Virus record (IMG/VR): IMGVR_UViG_3300045988_154609
Span: 94,285-158,284 of that record
Direction: 5' to 3' (one strand)
DNA length: 64,000 nt
From: a virus
Part shown: in pieces, positions 10,730 through 19,569 of the stretch
Numbering within the stretch: position 1 is the stretch's first letter
Layout: each line of letters starts with the position of its first letter
Translations under genes and position numbers: made by a program
The notes under the pieces: generated by a model
What the model saw: the letters and a program-made list of their open reading frames with translations, nothing else
Told to the model about the DNA's origin: nothing
The model's database searches: none

Positions 10730-11749
10730 TTAGCTATGCATTAATTCATCTTCAATCTCAGTTACAATTAAGTTAATCATCTCAACTTGCTCTGGAGTTG
10801 CATCTGCAATTTTACGACCTTTACCAAGATATTTATCAATAATCTTCGTAATCTTAGGTCCATTAGCTTCAGAAGCTTGCATTAAATTACCAACTAACTC
10901 CTGGAACTTATTCATTAATGCATCATAATTTAATTCCTCTTTCTCAACAGGCTTTTCACGTTCATTTGTAACATACTGATTACCATGCTCAAGAGCTTCT
11001 TTATCAATGGCTTTATGGATTTCTTCTACAAGATTATCATAACTCATTGGAAACTCACTTGCGATATATTTAAAACGACCACCACAGCTAATAGAATCAT
11101 CTGGACAACGAAGTGTTAATACAGACATTTCATTCTTATTAGACTGATGAGCATATCCATAAATATCAGCCATACCTTCAATGACCTGTCTTGTTGAGTT
11201 ACTAAGCGCAGGACGAATTACAATTCTTTCTGTTCCATCATCATTTGTAATTGTCTGCTCTTTGTGGTGACCGATGAAAAATACTGCGTATCCTAACTGA
11301 GTTAAACCTCTAAATACATCATTAAATTCATCTTTAAAAGCAGTCCAGCCTTTTCCATATCCAAGGTCTCCAAGAGCTTCAATACCTTTTTGCTGACAGA
11401 TATATTTCTGACAAAAATCAGAAGCAATATCAATAGTATCAACAACTACGGCATCAAAATTAGCCTTAACTTCTGGCTTTTTAAGCTCTCTCATAACCTG
11501 TTTCATATCTCCCCAAGAAGTAACATCCTGAGCGATTACACCAGGTAATGCATTATATCCACGTTCAAAAGCGAGTAAAAGTGTTTTTGGCATTTGAACT
11601 GCTAAAGTTGTTTTTCCTGTTTTAGGAGCTCCATAGATATAAGTGATATATCCACTTAAATCTTTACTAACCTTATGTGGCTCAATATTTAATAAATTAA
11701 TTCCCATTCTTTTCTCCTTCTTGCGGCATTGGCATCCGACCACCCGCAA
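10730..11749 (-). CDS. Sak4-like recombination ATPase (AAA_24/RecA-fold)
   Basis: N-terminal IYGAPKTGKTTLA Walker A, AVVVDTID Walker B, and the general layout of phage Sak4/AAA_24 proteins. Confidence 0.6.
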   Translation of the reverse strand: MRVVGCQCRKKEKRMGINLLNIEPHKVSKDLSGYITYIYGAPKTGKTTLAVQMPKTLLLAFERGYNALPGVIAQDVTSWGDMKQVMRELKKPEVKANFDAVVVDTIDIASDFCQKYICQQKGIEALGDLGYGKGWTAFKDEFNDVFRGLTQLGYAVFFIGHHKEQTITNDDGTERIVIRPALSNSTRQVIEGMADIYGYAHQSNKNEMSVLTLRCPDDSISCGGRFKYIASEFPMSYDNLVEEIHKAIDKEALEHGNQYVTNEREKPVEKEELNYDALMNKFQELVGNLMQASEANGPKITKIIDKYLGKGRKIADATPEQVEMINLIVTEIEDELMHS

Positions 11750-11930
11750 TTTTTATTTTAATCAATTCTTACAACATTTTTTAAAATTTCACAATTAGGA
11801 TTTGCACTGTCACCATTATAAAATTCATTTTGTATATAAATATCTTCTTTTGATATAATTCCCATATCATTTACTACAATCGCATCTTTTGGATACGATT
11901 GTAGTAAAATAATTAATTCAGAAACTGTCA

Positions 11931-12878
11931 TTAGAAGTTAAATGCGCCGCCGCCCTTTGCAGGAGTTGCAGAAGTTGGAGCAGCTGCCTGTCCTTTAGAA
12001 GCCTTATACTCATCCTGACGTTTCTTCACATCAGCAAGATAAACTTCTCTGTTAGCAAGAGCTTCAGTCAGCTCTGCCGCAGTAATTGTGCTTTCATCAT
12101 CCCATACATATGGATCTGGAAGAGCCCAAGTAATAACCCAATCTTTTCTATTGGATTGAACTGTTCTTACATAAGGCTCACCAAATGCAGACTCTTCAGT
12201 AATTGTACGAGTAATTACTTCAGACACCTGACGACCTTTTACTTTTGTAAATACAGGTTCTTTTGCAGATGCGCCAAGTCCTTCAAAATAAGAGATAGCT
12301 CCTGGATTAATTGCTGAAAATTCAACAGGAAGAACTGCGCCTCTGAAGTCAAAAATCGCACCTTTAATAATAGCTTTCTCAGGAGTATTCTGCTCTTCAT
12401 TTGCATCAATAGTTCTTACATTTGTGATAAGAATATCAGCTTCAAAAGTATTTCTCATTTTCTCGTCTTCATTCAAATCAACACAAGTATGAACGAATCC
12501 GCCTTCATTTCTTTTTACAGAAACAAGCTGTTCCTCACCATTTCTATCAGAATAAAACTCATTTAAACCAATTGCAGAATCAATACGAACTTTTGCGGCA
12601 TTTTCTTTACCATGTTCCATTACAGAACCAAGCTCTCCATTGATAATCTGATTAAGAATACCAAATGTTGCATTTGTATTTCCTTTTGCAGTTGTTGCTG
12701 TTACATATGTAAAATGAACAGGTACAATATTTGTCATATCATTATCAGTGGCAATACTAAGATTACCCATGATAAATTTAGTTCCTGGATGTTTTGAATT
12801 TGCACCAGACTCTCTTAACTGTAAGTCATGCTCATAAATAAACCCTTCCAAATGTGTACGATTCACCATACTCTTCAT
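11931..12878 (-). CDS. putative single-stranded DNA-binding protein
   Basis: N-terminal OB-like pattern (VNRTHLEGFIYEHDLQLRESG) and a low-complexity C-terminal tail ending GGAFNF. Sits downstream of the Sak4-like gene, as is usual in phages. Confidence 0.45.
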   Translation of the reverse strand: MKSMVNRTHLEGFIYEHDLQLRESGANSKHPGTKFIMGNLSIATDNDMTNIVPVHFTYVTATTAKGNTNATFGILNQIINGELGSVMEHGKENAAKVRIDSAIGLNEFYSDRNGEEQLVSVKRNEGGFVHTCVDLNEDEKMRNTFEADILITNVRTIDANEEQNTPEKAIIKGAIFDFRGAVLPVEFSAINPGAISYFEGLGASAKEPVFTKVKGRQVSEVITRTITEESAFGEPYVRTVQSNRKDWVITWALPDPYVWDDESTITAAELTEALANREVYLADVKKRQDEYKASKGQAAAPTSATPAKGGGAFNF

Positions 12879-12920
12879 ATTATTCTATTCTCCTTAATTA
12901 TATTTATTCTTTTTATTTAA

Positions 12921-13304
12921 TTAGTCATTAATATTAACTGTTTTTCCATTATCTGTTAAAGCATAGACAACTGGGTCTGACCCAATCTTCTCAATATATC
13001 CATCTTTAACAAGTTTCTGAATTGCACCAGATACAGTTCTTGAAGAAACAAACATTCCTTCTGCAATATCTTTTGCTTTACCCATTGGCATATCAGAAAC
13101 ATGCTCCTGCATATATTTTAAAATCATTTTTCCATTATCAGTAAATAATGGTTTATCAGAAGTACCTTTTCCTTTAAAAGCCTCCCAATAAGCAATTACA
13201 TCTGGGTCAATATCTGCCATATCTAAATCTGCAAATAATGAATCTATACATTCAATAAATTTTTCTTTTTTACTCATTCTCTTTAACTCGCTTTCATCTT
13301 TCAT
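12921..13304 (-). CDS. putative winged-helix DNA-binding protein
   Basis: C-terminal ...RTVSGAIQKLVKDGYIEK resembles a MarR-type recognition helix and wing. Confidence 0.4.
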   Translation of the reverse strand: MKDESELKRMSKKEKFIECIDSLFADLDMADIDPDVIAYWEAFKGKGTSDKPLFTDNGKMILKYMQEHVSDMPMGKAKDIAEGMFVSSRTVSGAIQKLVKDGYIEKIGSDPVVYALTDNGKTVNIND

Positions 13305-13351
13305 CTTATAAGTATATTATAACATTTTTTTAAATAAAAATCAATACTGTT

Positions 13352-13756
13352 TTACTTACTTTCTGTTGTATTGTTATCTATAAAGATAAAATCATCAGAA
13401 TAAGGTAAAGAATGAGCAAATTTAATGAAACTTTCATTGATAAACTCTTCGCCATCTCCAGACCATTCTGTAAGTTTATGATGACATCTCTGATGAACCA
13501 TAGCTAGAATATTTTCATAATTCATTGTGACAGTTCTTGTCTGAAGCCAAGACTCTGGTAACCAACGAACAAGTTCTTTCCAGTAGCGTTTATCTTTAGT
13601 TGTAATATATTGATAGCGAAGTTCTTCTAAATATTCAATAAGCATATTTGGAAAAATATAATCTTGTCCATCTCTATTATAAGTGGCTTTTTCCTCATTG
13701 TAATCTCCGACTTCAAAGCAATCTAAAGTAATTGGTTTACTTGTGAGTTTATGCAT
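13352..13756 (-). CDS. thyX: ThyX-like flavin-dependent thymidylate synthase family protein, 3' exon. Exact 5' boundary unresolved.
   Basis: ...YNEE..YIFP...LPESWLQTRTVTMNYENILAMVHQRCHHKLTEW aligns to the ThyX C-terminal region (LP...T....N.R.L..F..LR...HAQ.EI). Confidence 0.55.
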   Translation of the reverse strand: MHKLTSKPITLDCFEVGDYNEEKATYNRDGQDYIFPNMLIEYLEELRYQYITTKDKRYWKELVRWLPESWLQTRTVTMNYENILAMVHQRCHHKLTEWSGDGEEFINESFIKFAHSLPYSDDFIFIDNNTTESK

Positions 13757-14859
13757 TGTAGAAGTTGAATTAGCGGTAGTACCTACTTTATAAGTATCAA
13801 ATTCCTTCCCATTTGTGGACTATCTTTTACCCCTTTTTTCTATAAAGGAGGATACCATTTCGACATTTAACTAACTTCGTTACCTAAAATTAGACTACGT
13901 ATCAATAGTAGCTCTACTTCCCTGCCCAAAAGGCTTAGGGAATAGTCTCTACAGGTTCTAATTATATTAAATCTTCAATAGTAAAATTTTGGTCATATTT
14001 AATAATTTTCAATGGAATATTATGCTTTTCACAATATTCTTTTTTTCTCTTATCATTTTCAATAAGATTATCCCATTCTTTGCCCCAACTTCCTTCAGGT
14101 CTTAAATAATGTTGTAATCCATTAAATTCAATAAGACTTTTTAATTCTCCATTAGAAAATATTGCAAAATCGAATCTTAATCTTTTTCCACCAATACCGT
14201 TTAAATCAGAAAAAGTATATTGTGTAGAAAATTCATAATTTCCATCAATAAGCATTTTAGTAATTTTTTGTTCTCCTAAAGAATGAAGACATCCACAAGA
14301 TTGTATACCTACAGAACGTATATTACTTCCTTTTGTTGTAAAAATATTTCCACAATGCTTACAAATACACTTCCAATAGGCGATTCCTTGCGGAGATGAG
14401 CCATCTCTTTCAAGAACTTTAAAATTATCATCTTCATAACCAGTCATATCAACAACATTTTGAGCGGCTTTTTCTTTTTGTAAACATCCGCATGATTGAG
14501 TATGATTAGAGTTAAGATTTCTTGTATCTACATCTACTTCATTACCACAATCACAAATACAATGCCATTTACCACCTTTTATATAATATTGAGGTGTTAA
14601 TCGACCAAATTTTTTACCTGTTAAATCAACTCTTGGTTTAGATTTTCTTGTTTGTTTTTCCATATTAAATTATCTCCTTACTTTTTATCATTCTATTATA
14701 TCTAAAAAGTATCCAAGTATAATTTAATAAGTTTGACACGATTTTTTATAATTAGTTTCCCACGGGATTCCAATGGGTGGTTCCCCGTTAGCTATATTTT
14801 ATAAAAATATAACCCTCGCTGATAGGCGAGCAAAGTATTTCATTGGCAGAAAGAATTCT
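13757..14859 (-). mobile_element. group I self-splicing intron (phage IA-like) interrupting thyX, carrying an endonuclease ORF
   Basis: On the minus strand: a P-like AACGGGGAACCACCC and a complementary Q-like GGAATCCCGTGGG (P4 pairing). An R-like GTAGAGACTAT sits immediately after the internal ORF stop. An S-like AAGATAGTCC lies about 60 nt before the exon 2 ORF. Exon 1 ends in a U that can pair with the GCCA in the first 20 intron nucleotides. Confidence 0.65.
13962..14663 (-). CDS. intron-encoded putative homing endonuclease with tandem Cys4 zinc-ribbon repeats and a C-terminal nuclease-like domain
   Basis: Two repeats of W.C.C.CG...SCGC, then a C-terminal ...RFDFAIF...IEFNG.QHY segment. 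The ORF lies entirely within the intron, between the Q-like and R-like elements. Confidence 0.55.
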   Translation of the reverse strand: MEKQTRKSKPRVDLTGKKFGRLTPQYYIKGGKWHCICDCGNEVDVDTRNLNSNHTQSCGCLQKEKAAQNVVDMTGYEDDNFKVLERDGSSPQGIAYWKCICKHCGNIFTTKGSNIRSVGIQSCGCLHSLGEQKITKMLIDGNYEFSTQYTFSDLNGIGGKRLRFDFAIFSNGELKSLIEFNGLQHYLRPEGSWGKEWDNLIENDKRKKEYCEKHNIPLKIIKYDQNFTIEDLI

Positions 14860-15262
14860 ACCAGTAAAGTGGGGCTGTAATGTCAACTGTTACCATAATT
14901 TGTCTTAAAAATTTTCTATGCTCGGAACCGCCATTAATAAGAGCTTTAGCAAGCTTCATATCATTCGGACCAATAAAAGCGACATTAGCCAATTGATGGT
15001 CAAAATTAATTTCAAGAATACCATTATTTAAAAGCCATCTATCATATTCCTCTTGAGCCATAAGAGCTTCATTATCTGCATCAGATGGATAATTAGGAAA
15101 TTTCTTCTGAACCCACTCTTCAGCAACTTCATAATCATGCTCATCATCATCTATATTGATAAGTCCAAAATAGCTATCGCTTAAATTCCAAGAATTTTTT
15201 GGATTTCTCATTCCTCTTAAAGCATTTTCAAAATTATAAACTTTTATATTTTCAAATTTCAT
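14860..15262 (-). CDS. thyX: ThyX-like protein, 5' exon
   Basis: ...ALRGMRNPKNS... and ...GGSEHRKFLRQIMVTVDITAPLYW align to the ThyX N-terminal half (aARV...; gHE.p.EH..FTF.v.aPiFv). The in-frame TAG at 14858-14860 coincides with the intron start. Confidence 0.55.
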
Positions 15263-15265
15263 TCT

Positions 15266-15589
15266 TTATTTACCTCTGGTTTTTGTATCATAACTAATTG
15301 AATATGGTTTCATATCTTCTGCTTTAATTGATAAACTTCCAGTAGTAGTTGTTACTTTTGGTGTACTAATTTTATCATTAGTTGTAACATCTGGATTGTT
15401 TAACAAAGTTACATTACCGTTTGCCGCAGTAGTCCAATAGTAAAGATTTGGACGATTAGGATAAGTTTGTATAGGTCTGTTTCCCTCGTTATAACCTTCC
15501 CAATAAGCTTCATTTAAAAGCTCTTGAAGCTCTTTCTGCGTTAAAGTAATATAACCTTTTTGGTCAGTTGTAAATACTTTAATCTTCAT
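15266..15589 (-). CDS. hypothetical protein
   Basis: 107-aa ORF. Confidence 0.4.
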   Translation of the reverse strand: MKIKVFTTDQKGYITLTQKELQELLNEAYWEGYNEGNRPIQTYPNRPNLYYWTTAANGNVTLLNNPDVTTNDKISTPKVTTTTGSLSIKAEDMKPYSISYDTKTRGK

Positions 15590-15872
15590 TTGATACTGTA
15601 AATCCTTTCAACTTAAAATGATTTTTCATTAATATATAATAAGAAAATTGTTCAATATTATCAACAAAGACATCTTTAGCTGTGTCAGATATGTCTCCTG
15701 CGGTAAGGGCTTCTTGATAACTAATAAAATCAATGCCAGTTATTCCATAAGAATAAGCTCTTTCTCTCATACCTTGCGGACACTGGCAAATAATCGGAAC
15801 ACCGGCTTCTTTTGCAAGTAAAAATAATCGAGAAGTCTTTCCTGTTCCTCGTCCATCAATAATTCTATACAT
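15579..15872 (-). CDS. hypothetical small P-loop protein
   Basis: N-terminal GRGTGKTS motif. Confidence 0.4.
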   Translation of the reverse strand: MYRIIDGRGTGKTSRLFLLAKEAGVPIICQCPQGMRERAYSYGITGIDFISYQEALTAGDISDTAKDVFVDNIEQFSYYILMKNHFKLKGFTVSNED

Positions 15873-15886
15873 AACAATTTTCTCCT

Positions 15887-16879
15887 TTATTTTATACTAT
15901 AACCAAATTCTTTTGCTTTAAAAAAATCTTGCCAATAATCTTCTCTATCATTTAATTGAGATTTTGTACATTCTTCAATAATTTCAAATGAAAAATTTTC
16001 AACTCCAACAGTCTGCATAATAGGATAAAGTTTATTGCGGGTCGGAGTATCTGCGCCCAATCCACGCTTAATATGCTGTTTCCAACGTTCAGCAATATTC
16101 GTACTCTGTCCGACATAACACATATTATTTTGTAAATTTGTGATTTTATAAATACCACAATGAACACCAGAACCAATTACTCTACCAATTAAATCAGTAT
16201 AGGGTTTCTCATAATATGTTTTCCATATAACCTTATTAACAGGTTCAGGATTTCTAAAATGAGAAATAATTTTCCTTAATTCACAAATTTCATTTAAATC
16301 ATCTTGAGTTAAATTTAATTTGTAAAAATCAGTTTTATTCTTATTCTCTTCATTGCGTTTATCATATGCAACTGCGGCCTCTACCTTATGCCGCAAATCT
16401 TCTAACTGAGACTCTTCAAATTGAATCTTTTCATTTAATTTTTTTATCTTTTGGATACTTTCTTGCTCTTTGTCCAAATAATCCTGTACTAAATCTTTAG
16501 CTAATTCTTCATAACTATCTTCTAAACTATGTTTTGTGTCCATAAAAATAGCATAAATTTCTTCTGTATCAGTATGAAATTTTTGTTTATAAAAATCAAG
16601 CATTTGTTGATAATATTTTTTCACACTTTCTTCTGAAGCCTTATATTCCTTATCAACATCTTGTTTTAATTGTTTATATTCTTGCAATTTTTGTTTATAT
16701 TGTTCTTTTAAGTAATCCGTTCTTTGCTCCATTGCTTGTAACTCAAATTGAACGGCTTTATTCTTTTCAAGAATTTCTTTATCTTCCTTTTGAGTAACTT
16801 TGACTTTTGGTCGCATAAACAGATATACTAACCCAGCCCCCAATATAAGACAAAAAATTGCTATAATTACAGTAATCAT
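15887..16879 (-). CDS. membrane-anchored coiled-coil protein with C-terminal GIY-YIG (T5orf172-like) domain
   Basis: N-terminal TM helix, about 200 aa of K/E/Q-rich coiled coil, then a C-terminal GIYKITN...YVGQS...RWKQH...EIIEE nuclease motif. Architecture resembles DUF4041-T5orf172 proteins. Confidence 0.55.
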   Translation of the reverse strand: MITVIIAIFCLILGAGLVYLFMRPKVKVTQKEDKEILEKNKAVQFELQAMEQRTDYLKEQYKQKLQEYKQLKQDVDKEYKASEESVKKYYQQMLDFYKQKFHTDTEEIYAIFMDTKHSLEDSYEELAKDLVQDYLDKEQESIQKIKKLNEKIQFEESQLEDLRHKVEAAVAYDKRNEENKNKTDFYKLNLTQDDLNEICELRKIISHFRNPEPVNKVIWKTYYEKPYTDLIGRVIGSGVHCGIYKITNLQNNMCYVGQSTNIAERWKQHIKRGLGADTPTRNKLYPIMQTVGVENFSFEIIEECTKSQLNDREDYWQDFFKAKEFGYSIK

Positions 16880-16945
16880 ATTTTGTTAAAAAAAGAGATA
16901 AGTATTACCTTATCTCTTTTAATTTATATTACAAAAATAATTTAA

Positions 16946-17221
16946 TTACTCAGCTTCATCTTCAGCGTCTGGGTCGAAGCTCATGCCAGCTGGTGTAAGA
17001 GACAAGAACTTAACTGCCTTATGACTTCCGTCCTCAAGCTCAACTTCTGCAGGAGTACGAACTCCAAGACCTTTTCTCTGAATAGCGGAAGTAAAGATTC
17101 CATCTACACGTTTCTTCTCAATTCCGAGTGCCTCTGCTACATCTGCTGCTGTAACCTTTGCATCTCCGATAGTCTTTAAATACTCAAATACTTTACGTGA
17201 ATTTTCTTTCATTTTTGCCAT
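16946..17221 (-). CDS. hypothetical protein, possible HTH, acidic C-terminus
   Basis: 91-aa ORF. Confidence 0.4.
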   Translation of the reverse strand: MAKMKENSRKVFEYLKTIGDAKVTAADVAEALGIEKKRVDGIFTSAIQRKGLGVRTPAEVELEDGSHKAVKFLSLTPAGMSFDPDAEDEAE

Positions 17222-17319
17222 AATAACAAATCTCCTTTAATTAAATAATTTTATTGTTTGTGTAATTTTCTAAGCTCTCTTAGCTTATGTAATTATTATA
17301 TCAAAAAAATATTTTTAAG

Positions 17320-17514
17320 TCAAGAATTATTTTTTAAAATTTTTTGAACCATCTCATCGACACGTTCTATTTCCTCTAATGAGGAGAGCTTACTAGATAA
17401 AGCAATTATTGTATCCATCGCATATTTTCTTTCCTTTTGATCAGTGGAATTCTGAATAGTTGATTCAGCTTTTGCGATTTGTTTAGCTAAATTCTTGATT
17501 TCTTTCTTATTCAT
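17320..17514 (-). CDS. hypothetical protein
   Basis: 64-aa ORF. Confidence 0.35.
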   Translation of the reverse strand: MNKKEIKNLAKQIAKAESTIQNSTDQKERKYAMDTIIALSSKLSSLEEIERVDEMVQKILKNNS

Positions 17515-17568
17515 ATTTTTTTTCTATCCTTATCTTTATTACAATTTAATTATAACATTTTTTTTAAA

Positions 17569-19524
17569 TTAAGTCAAAAACTTTTGTATGAAATTCTGTT
17601 CCGAAAGAATAGGAATCTCAAGCTTTTTTGCTGCTAAGTTTTTAGAAGATGTTGAATTTATATCATTGTTAATAAGATACTTTACATTCTTGCTAATAGA
17701 ACCTACTACTTTACCACCAGCAGATTCAATAGCAGACTGCAATGCCGCACGATTCTTAAACATAGTTAATTTACCTGTAATAACTACTGTAACACCATCA
17801 AGAGTCTGTGCCGCAGATTCTTCAACTTCTTCTACTTCTGGAATAGAAATATAATTATTATAAATTCTATCTGCTTCAGAATAATCAAACTTCCAAATAG
17901 CTAAAGTCTTACTATCTGCAAAGCCTTCAAATTGAGCAAAATCGAATTTATTATTAACTTTATCTCTAAAATCAGAATATGACTTAATATATTTTGTGAG
18001 TTCTTTCGCTACACTATTTCCAATTAATGGAATACCAAGAGCCGCAATAAATTTATCCAAAGAAACCTCTTTAGATTTTTCTATTGCATTTAAAATATTA
18101 TCAACAGATTTTACACCAAATCCTGGTTTCTTAATCCACTCTTCTCTATACTGTTTTAATTCAAAGATATCTCCAATAGAATTAATCCAGCCCCAATCAA
18201 TTAATTTTTCAATAGTAGCTTTTGAAACTCCTTTTATATCTAAACCTTTTTTGCCTGCAAAATGGTCTAACCGAGTAGATAATTTTCCTTCACAATTTGG
18301 ATTTGGACAATATACATTTTCTACGCCCGAATCAGATTCTTTAACAGTTAATGGTTCATCACAACATGAGCATCTTAACGGCATGCGAATACGATATTTA
18401 GCTTCAATATGTTCAGGATGTTCTGCCCATGTAACTTGCGGGATAATCATATTCATTTTTGCTACTTTAATTTTTTGTCCTCTAAAAGGAGTTTTTAAAA
18501 CTTCTTTTAAGACACTTAAATTATGTAAACTTGCTCTTGAAATAACAGAACCGTCCGCATCGACAGGTTCAAAAATAGCTACAGGAGTATATACACCAGT
18601 TCTACCCATACTCCATTCAATACCTTCAAGAGTAGTTTCATATTCTTCATCATAAAACTTAAAAGCATATGCCGCACGAACATGATGTATAGTTTCTCCT
18701 AAACTTTGACCATATGCAATATCATCAAATCTTCCAACTAATCCATCTATTGGATAGCCAAGAGTCTTAGCCAATTCAATAAGATATTCTCTTGCATCCC
18801 AGTCAAAACTTGGAGTAAATGGAACAATAGTAAAGCCTAAATTTCTTGCAGATTCAAGTTTTTTCATAAAAGAATTTTCTTCATCAAATCCTTTTATAAC
18901 GTTCCAAGCTACAAAAGTTAAGTTACGCTTTTTACATTCATTGGCGTCCAAAAGACGAATACTTCCAGATGCGAAGTTACGAGGATTTTTATATTCATCT
19001 TCAAAAGGTTTGAAATCTTTATATGTGCAAATTACTTCACCATCAATTATAAATTCATCTTTATAATCAATAGTTTGCGGGATAGACCTTAATGTGCGGG
19101 CATTATGAAGAATATTCTCGCCAATGATTCCATCTCCACGGGTTTCCGCAGATACAAGTTTACCATCGACGTATTTTAAACTACAGGTTAATCCATCCAT
19201 TTTCAGCATTCCGCAAACATCTTTAAATGGATTAAGCTTAGCAAAATATCCAATAAATTCATCCCAGTCTTTAGTTTTATCCAAAGACAACATTTTATGA
19301 TTGTGTTTAACTTTCTGTAACTCAGATATTACTTCATATGAAATACTATTTGTAGGAGAATTAGGAAGAACAATACCTGTTTCTTTTTCCATCTCTTTTA
19401 ATTTAAAGTATAATTCATCCCACTCTTTATCTGATACTTTTGGTTTTCCTTCATCATACGCTTTTGTCCAATCATTCAAAACTTGAATAATATTATACAT
19501 TTCATTTTCATCTAAAAAATCCAT
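17569..19524 (-). CDS. ligA: NAD-dependent DNA ligase
   Basis: Adenylation motif KMDGLT, Zn finger CPNPNCEGK, HhH region and a C-terminal BRCT-like segment. Length is 651 aa. Confidence 0.9.
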   Translation of the reverse strand: MDFLDENEMYNIIQVLNDWTKAYDEGKPKVSDKEWDELYFKLKEMEKETGIVLPNSPTNSISYEVISELQKVKHNHKMLSLDKTKDWDEFIGYFAKLNPFKDVCGMLKMDGLTCSLKYVDGKLVSAETRGDGIIGENILHNARTLRSIPQTIDYKDEFIIDGEVICTYKDFKPFEDEYKNPRNFASGSIRLLDANECKKRNLTFVAWNVIKGFDEENSFMKKLESARNLGFTIVPFTPSFDWDAREYLIELAKTLGYPIDGLVGRFDDIAYGQSLGETIHHVRAAYAFKFYDEEYETTLEGIEWSMGRTGVYTPVAIFEPVDADGSVISRASLHNLSVLKEVLKTPFRGQKIKVAKMNMIIPQVTWAEHPEHIEAKYRIRMPLRCSCCDEPLTVKESDSGVENVYCPNPNCEGKLSTRLDHFAGKKGLDIKGVSKATIEKLIDWGWINSIGDIFELKQYREEWIKKPGFGVKSVDNILNAIEKSKEVSLDKFIAALGIPLIGNSVAKELTKYIKSYSDFRDKVNNKFDFAQFEGFADSKTLAIWKFDYSEADRIYNNYISIPEVEEVEESAAQTLDGVTVVITGKLTMFKNRAALQSAIESAGGKVVGSISKNVKYLINNDINSTSSKNLAAKKLEIPILSEQNFIQKFLT

Positions 19525-19569
19525 TATTTATTCTCCTTTTAGAAAAGATAAGTGGGAAATAAATCCCAC

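Noticed and set aside
17996-18655. 219-aa plus-strand ORF
   Set aside because: Lies entirely antisense within the ligA coding region. Low-complexity Ser/Phe-rich translation typical of an antisense AT-rich frame, with no promoter box or RBS.
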